A stretch of 64,000 nucleotides of DNA, from contig CAXXOA010000002.1 of NCBI GenBank assembly GCA_963666275.2, positions 160,001 to 224,000 of the forward strand, in the 5' to 3' direction. The translations under genes and the position numbers were made by a program. This DNA comes from Oceanispirochaeta sp. (GTDB lineage: Bacteria > Spirochaetota > Spirochaetia > DSM-2461). Of the stretch, positions 58,530 through 64,000 are shown one piece after another. A model generated the notes under the pieces. That model saw nothing but the letters and a program-made list of their open reading frames with translations, was not told where the DNA came from and did not search any database. The number at the start of each line of letters is the position of its first letter. The first letter of the stretch is position 1.

Positions 58530-61500
58530 TTATTTTACGACCATGACTTTCCGGATTTCATCCACTTCAGGGCCGACAACTCTTATGAAGTAGACGCCCC
58601 GGGCGACTATGCGGCCGCTGTTATTCCGGCCGTCCCAGAGGTACTGATAGGTCCCTTCGGCCTGGCGACCCCGCTGGAGGATCCGGACCATATTTCCGTT
58701 GAGGGCAAAGACCTGTACCGTAACAATCCCCGGATCATCAATGTCATACATCAGGATGGCTTCATCTCCGTTATGGGGGTTGATGATATTATTCAGGATC
58801 GTAACACCACCCCTCTGTTTTCGAATATCCCGGATCTGGAAGGACCAGGGATGGAAGCTGAACACGTCATCCGGATCATCCAGAGCGACACAGGGGAGGC
58901 CGTTGAGCATGAAGTAGAACTCCATGGTATTATCTGTTTCCATCTCTTCATCGGATGAGGAGATAGAGAATTCCTGCAGACCGTTCCCCAGAATAGCTGT
59001 TGGATTCACATACCGGGCTTCGTAGTTGCCCGATGGTGCAAGTTCTTCCTGATAGTAGGGGAGCCAGAGGTTGTTGGTCACCAGATCGGAGGGGACATTG
59101 GCATCGTAGTACATGGACATAGAGAGTCCCTGAAAGGAGGAGGCATTGATCCTGGCCTGCAGGAGAATATCCCGGTCCATGAGTTTTCCGGTTCCGTCAA
59201 ACACTGTCAGAGAGGTTCCTTCCCGGATGTCTTCGCTGTGAATGCCGTCGGAAGCCCAGAGTGGTTCCACAATACCGAATCCCAGATCCGAAACCCTGTA
59301 GACAAGCTGGCTTCTGGCGTAGTTCCCTTCCGAGTCGTATACCGAAAGGGGAAGGATATTAATCGTTGCCGCCAGGATGTCATTCTCGGTTAAAGCGCTG
59401 GAGAAACGGAACCTGTACTCCTGACTGGCAGCTCCTCCGGGCCAGGCTTCGACAGATGTAATGGCAATCCCCGACACGCCGGAGAGAGAGAAGTCCGAAG
59501 CTGTAATGGGAGCCGAAGCCGTATCGTTTCCGTAAACGGGTTCGGAAAATTTGACATATCCCCAGCTATTTCCGGGGACCGCCAGGGTCAGGGATATATT
59601 GGGAGGAACAATTTCCACAGCCCGCTCTTTGGTGAAACTACGGAGCCTGTTGCCCGCATGGTCTGTCAGATAACCTTCATCTTCATCATAATCCACCCAG
59701 AGTTTTGTGAGGGTATCCCAGCTGGTATTGCCCGAGGGGTAGATAGAGAAGTAGGAGTCATCCGCGACACTGATACCGGCCAGAGAGAAAACACTGTTCA
59801 AAACGTCTGTGACAAAGGTAGGACTGGTCAGATCTGCCGGCTCGTTTCCCAGAGGCTGGAATTCGAAAGCGAGAGGGGGAATGCCTTGTAAAGAACTGTC
59901 ACGGATTCCGCCTCCCAGAGCATTGGGATGGTCAGTATCGGAATTCCAGGCGGCCGCATCGGCGGAGTTATCAAGCACATGGAATTCAAACCGGTCAAGG
60001 AATGTATTGGAATCTTCGTCTTCCGGGATAATCTCGTAGGTGGCCGAACCTTTGTAGGGAGCCAGAATGGGGGGATCTACGTCCCAGCCGGTTTCGGTGA
60101 TAGCATTCCAGTCGGAACCAGCTGCATAAGGCATATCTCCGTTTATAAACTCATTGGTACCGTTATTATTGATATTAGCTGTTGCGTTGCCATTAAGATC
60201 CAGGACTCTGGCGTTGGTTATTCCTCGATACTCAACAGTTCCGTTTCCGGGATCTGTCAATGTCACACCATTTGATCCAAGATAACCCGGCCAGAGATTA
60301 TTGGTGACATTATCATAGTATCCGGCAATATTGATTCTTATCTCATAAATATTGTCCCGGTCAATGGAATTCACTAATGGATTGCCGTCCAAAGGGAGAA
60401 CTCCCGAATCAAAAACCCCTTCACCGTTGCCGTCGGCATCATTATCACCGTACTGGAACAACCCTTCTACTGTAACCCAGCCAGGAATTAGCTGATCAGG
60501 TATGTGACCCAGGTTTTCACCGCTGTCCAGACCATAGGTCCCGACCCGTATATTAGTATTGGAGCCAGTTAGAGTTGTTCCCAGAGCTATTCCGGTGGTG
60601 TTGAAATCAATGGGTTCGGAATAGCGTAGAACAAAATAGTTATGTCCGTTGGAATAATCATTTGCTGGAACCGCATCATAGGGGGCGGTTCCGGCTTTCA
60701 CACCGACAAGCACAGGAGGAGCTTCGTCGGTGACCTGATAAAAGTTGGTAAAACCATGATTCCCGTTATCATAGCTTCTTACCGGGTTTTTTCCACCCGC
60801 GTCATAAAAAAGAGACTTAATTAGTGAAAGATCCGGAGAAATATTCCTGTTGTTTCCCGCTGTATCCGTACTGTTCCCGCCGGGGTTGGTATCCATGATA
60901 AATCCGTCCCATCCGGCATCAGTGTTCCAGGATGTATTGCTTGTCCCGATATAGAATGTTGTAAGATCTCCCTGTCCATTGGTTGTACCCAGATTTGTTC
61001 CGTTGACAAAATCAAAATCCACATAGGTATCGGTAATAACAACAGCTTCCGAGTTGGTCAGCATTAATCCTGACCCTATGGCTGAGGATATTTCATTAGA
61101 CGAATTTTCCAAAGGTTCACTGAATGTGAGCCTTATAACATTATCCCAAACAGTTTCCGCCGACAGAAGTCTGGGACGGGTAAAGTCCCATCCATCTACA
61201 GGACCGATCGGGTTGTAGACAGTATTCCCACCTCCATTAGTCACATTGTTGTTTGTTTCTGCCACATTCGGAGCGGTCAGTGTATCAGTCACAGGAGAGG
61301 CCGCAGAGATACTCCCACCGGATACGGACGAGTTCTGTACATTCAGATTGAAAGCCACATTATAGGGAGTTCCCCAGTTGGTTGGATTAGTTCCATTGTT
61401 GAAAACCGGATTTGCAGCTCCAGAACCTCTTACCTGAAGAGTCCATGATCCGACTCCGCCTGTTGCTGTCAGATCGGTTCCGTTGATATATAGGTTTCCA

Positions 61501-64000
61501 GTCACTCCAGCTCCTACAGTAATATTGGATCCCACAAGATCTGAAAAGGCAGCATTATAATTTCCGAGACCCGGATCAAAAGGTAGAAGAGCATTAAACC
61601 GGTCCGGATAGTCAAAGCGGTTATCATCATTATCATTTCTCGTACCGTTTGAGTCTCCATCCCAATCCGGATCTTCCGGGTCAAACCCCGCTCCGAAAAT
61701 AACGAAGTCCTGGCCGCCGTTCTGGTTTGTTGATAATGATTGACCATTTAGATCAATTGTTCCTCGATAAAAGACAAATTTACCTGTACTTATTCCTGTA
61801 TTGAGAGTAACTGTCCAACCATCAAAATCCAAATAGACATCATCAAAGGTAATGCTTCCAACGGTAGCTTCGAAAGCCCCTCCAGCAGAGTGATTCCACC
61901 TCGTCCCCTGGGATCCTGTTGAATAGTCTTGAGAATTTCCTGACCGATAATATGAGCCGCCCAGAACAATTCCGTTAGTTGCTGTTAATGAGACAGTCCC
62001 CGAAACTCCCATATTTAAATTATCCCCAATTGAAGCTATTGAGATATTAGAAGAGGTTATACTCAGAGAAAGGAGCGGATTTGTCACCCCGGAATCACCA
62101 TTAATAAAAACATCTCCTGTTCCAGCAGTGATAATAAAACTACGATCAGTAGCATCACTATTAATACTACTGTTTATAGTAATGTTCCCGGGACCCGCAC
62201 CTGTTGCCAGAGTCGTATTACCGGTTAATTGGATTTGACTCAGGGAAATCTGAGAATCTGTCGTTGAAATATTCCCCGATAAATATTCCAGGGATGGAGA
62301 TGTGGCTGTCACTCCTCCGGTAAAGGTAAAACCCGAACCAATTGTCAGGGTTCCTGTATTTGTGAAACTGGACGTGGTGGTGATCGTCCCTCCCCCATTC
62401 AGAGCAACATTCATTCCCGTAGCTCCGGTGGACAGGCTGGTTCCGTTCAAAGCTCCCGAAAAAGTGACCGTTGTTGAATCACTCAGGGTCACAGCCCCCG
62501 CTGTCACTCCGGCAAAAGTTGCTGTATCACTATCAGTAATGGTCAGATCATTACCGCCCGTTGTGGCTCCACTGACCGAGATAGCCCCTGATGCTCCCGC
62601 ATCAAAGGTGACACCACCGGCTCCAATTGTCAGATCATCAAGAGTTATGTTCTGACCCGCTCCTCCTCCGGTTGCTATCGTTCCGGCAAGACTGTTGGTT
62701 CCCGCGGCGACAGAACTGATTCCTCCTGTAAAGGTAAAGCCTGCCCCTACCGTCACATTTCCTGTATTCAGGAAAGAGACCGCGTTGGTTACTGTTCCAC
62801 CACCGTTCAGGGTGACATTCACTCCCGTGGCGGCTGTGGACAGGGAAGATGCTGTTAAGGCTCCGGCCACTGTCACGGTTCCACCGGTCTCCCCGGTCAG
62901 ATCAAGGGTTCCGACTCCCAGCGCTGCTGAAGCGACATTGGCTCCGCCACTGCCCTGAAGGATCAGATTGGAAGCTCCCGTTACTGCTCCCAGAGTAATC
63001 AGTCCTGTTCCACTGCTGAATGTGGTGTTTCCTGTAAGGCTGACTCCGGTAGTTCCGAAGTTGATTGCAGAATTCGTTGAAGAGATGATTCCATTCACGA
63101 CTTTGCTGCTCGGGGATGTGGCTGTCACTCCTCCAGTAAAGGTAAAACCCGAACCAATCGTCAAAGTACCTGTATTTGAAAAGGTCACAGGATTGGTAAC
63201 TGTCCCGCCCCCATTGAGAGCAATATTAACTCCTGTGGCTGCTGTCGTCAGGGAAGACGCTGTTAAAGCTCCGGCTACTGTCACGGTTCCGCCTGTCTCT
63301 CCAGCCAAATTGAACGTTCCCGCCCCAAGAGCGGCAGAAGCTACATTGGCACCGCCACTGCCCTGAAGGATCAGATTGGAAGCTCCCGTTACTGCTCCCA
63401 GGGTAATCAGTCCTGTCCCGCTGCTGAATGTGGTATTTCCTGTAAGGCTGACTCCGGTTGTTCCGAAGTTGATTGCAGAATTCGTTGAAGAGATGGTTCC
63501 ATTCACGATCTTGCTGCTCGGTGATGTGGCTGTCACTCCGCCAGTAAAGGTAAAACCCGAACCAATCGTCAGGGTTCCTGTATTCGTGAAACTGGATGTG
63601 GTGGTGATCGTCCCTCCCCCATTCAGGGCGACATTCATTCCTGTAGCTCCGGTGGACAGGCTGGTTCCGTTCAAAGCTCCAGAAAAAGTGACCGATGTTG
63701 AATCACTCAGGGTCACTGCCCCTGCTGTCACTCCGGCAAAAGATGCTGTATCACTATCAGTAATGGTCAGATCATTACCGCCCGTTGTGGCTCCACTGAC
63801 CGAGATAGCCCCTGATGCTCCCGCATCAAAGGTGACACCACCGGCTCCAATTGTCAGATCATCAAGAGTTATGTTCTGACCCGCTCCTCCTCCGGTTGCT
63901 ATCGTTCCGGCAAGACTGTTGGTTCCCGCGGCGACAGAACTGACTCCTCCTGTAAAGGTAAAGCCTGCCCCTACCGTCACGTTTCCAGTATTCAGGAAAG
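58530..64000 (-). CDS. Giant repetitive surface/adhesin-like protein with C-terminal FlgD-Ig/CTD-like domain (5' end outside the window)
   Basis: More than 1800 aa, open to the window edge; G/T/S-rich beta-solenoid repeats; Ig-like units (..FSEP..); C-terminal WDGRNNSGRIVARGVYFIRV...RKVMVVK. Confidence 0.9.
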   Translation of the reverse strand, partial: FLNTGNVTVGAGFTFTGGVSSVAAGTNSLAGTIATGGGAGQNITLDDLTIGAGGVTFDAGASGAISVSGATTGGNDLTITDSDTASFAGVTAGAVTLSDSTSVTFSGALNGTSLSTGATGMNVALNGGGTITTTSSFTNTGTLTIGSGFTFTGGVTATSPSSKIVNGTISSTNSAINFGTTGVSLTGNTTFSSGTGLITLGAVTGASNLILQGSGGANVASAALGAGTFNLAGETGGTVTVAGALTASSLTTAATGVNIALNGGGTVTNPVTFSNTGTLTIGSGFTFTGGVTATSPSSKVVNGIISSTNSAINFGTTGVSLTGNTTFSSGTGLITLGAVTGASNLILQGSGGANVASAALGVGTLDLTGETGGTVTVAGALTASSLSTAATGVNVTLNGGGTVTNAVSFLNTGNVTVGAGFTFTGGISSVAAGTNSLAGTIATGGGAGQNITLDDLTIGAGGVTFDAGASGAISVSGATTGGNDLTITDSDTATFAGVTAGAVTLSDSTTVTFSGALNGTSLSTGATGMNVALNGGGTITTTSSFTNTGTLTIGSGFTFTGGVTATSPSLEYLSGNISTTDSQISLSQIQLTGNTTLATGAGPGNITINSSINSDATDRSFIITAGTGDVFINGDSGVTNPLLSLSITSSNISIASIGDNLNMGVSGTVSLTATNGIVLGGSYYRSGNSQDYSTGSQGTRWNHSAGGAFEATVGSITFDDVYLDFDGWTVTLNTGISTGKFVFYRGTIDLNGQSLSTNQNGGQDFVIFGAGFDPEDPDWDGDSNGTRNDNDDNRFDYPDRFNALLPFDPGLGNYNAAFSDLVGSNITVGAGVTGNLYINGTDLTATGGVGSWTLQVRGSGAANPVFNNGTNPTNWGTPYNVAFNLNVQNSSVSGGSISAASPVTDTLTAPNVAETNNNVTNGGGNTVYNPIGPVDGWDFTRPRLLSAETVWDNVIRLTFSEPLENSSNEISSAIGSGLMLTNSEAVVITDTYVDFDFVNGTNLGTTNGQGDLTTFYIGTSNTSWNTDAGWDGFIMDTNPGGNSTDTAGNNRNISPDLSLIKSLFYDAGGKNPVRSYDNGNHGFTNFYQVTDEAPPVLVGVKAGTAPYDAVPANDYSNGHNYFVLRYSEPIDFNTTGIALGTTLTGSNTNIRVGTYGLDSGENLGHIPDQLIPGWVTVEGLFQYGDNDADGNGEGVFDSGVLPLDGNPLVNSIDRDNIYEIRINIAGYYDNVTNNLWPGYLGSNGVTLTDPGNGTVEYRGITNARVLDLNGNATANINNNGTNEFINGDMPYAAGSDWNAITETGWDVDPPILAPYKGSATYEIIPEDEDSNTFLDRFEFHVLDNSADAAAWNSDTDHPNALGGGIRDSSLQGIPPLAFEFQPLGNEPADLTSPTFVTDVLNSVFSLAGISVADDSYFSIYPSGNTSWDTLTKLWVDYDEDEGYLTDHAGNRLRSFTKERAVEIVPPNISLTLAVPGNSWGYVKFSEPVYGNDTASAPITASDFSLSGVSGIAITSVEAWPGGAASQEYRFRFSSALTENDILAATINILPLSVYDSEGNYARSQLVYRVSDLGFGIVEPLWASDGIHSEDIREGTSLTVFDGTGKLMDRDILLQARINASSFQGLSMSMYYDANVPSDLVTNNLWLPYYQEELAPSGNYEARYVNPTAILGNGLQEFSISSSDEEMETDNTMEFYFMLNGLPCVALDDPDDVFSFHPWSFQIRDIRKQRGGVTILNNIINPHNGDEAILMYDIDDPGIVTVQVFALNGNMVRILQRGRQAEGTYQYLWDGRNNSGRIVARGVYFIRVVGPEVDEIRKVMVVK
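62300..64000 (-). repeat. Intragenic array of 408-bp modules (A-B-B-A-partial B)
   Basis: Module starts at 63980, 63572, 63164, 62756 and 62348, exactly 408 bp apart. A copies are near-identical to each other, as are B copies. Confidence 0.92.

Noticed and set aside
62302..63879. Repeated plus-strand V/P/A-rich ORFs
   Set aside because: Antisense reflections of the 408-bp modules of the giant minus-strand gene.

Overview
About 64 kb of bacterial chromosome, probably from a free-living spirochaete (Spirochaetaceae-like). This is inferred from a TatT/TatP TRAP system, a spirochaete/mitochondrial-type EF-G1, a membrane TPR-Mrr protein and an FlgD-Ig-tailed giant protein. Most genes are housekeeping or metabolic and lie on the minus strand: Rrf2 regulator, GAF-PtsP, propeller-GGDEF cyclase, proC, xylB-xylA with an AraC regulator, a TPAT transporter, mutY, rluA, hydG, recC-recB-recD, fusA, udp, mnmE-mnmG-rsmG, pepT, tRNA-Arg and two tRNA-Asp, an ECF sigma module, galU, a GT2, a PIN toxin-antitoxin pair, and the 3' part of a giant repetitive surface protein. 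The strongest unexplained signals are mostly non-coding. (1) A ~194-bp tandem repeat array after tRNA-Asp; each unit regenerates the tRNA 3' end and a terminator and carries a multi-stem structure with compensatory base changes. (2) A dense, single-orientation DnaA-box array with no dnaA gene and no switch in gene strand, suggesting a datA/DARS-like site or a detached origin. (3) A structured ~200-nt spacer between the tRNA-Asp genes. (4) A long structured fusA leader. (5) Two different but exactly 408-bp modules in an A-B-B-A array within the giant protein, which ends in a T9SS-CTD-like tail. All calls come from reading motifs by eye; no database searches were run.
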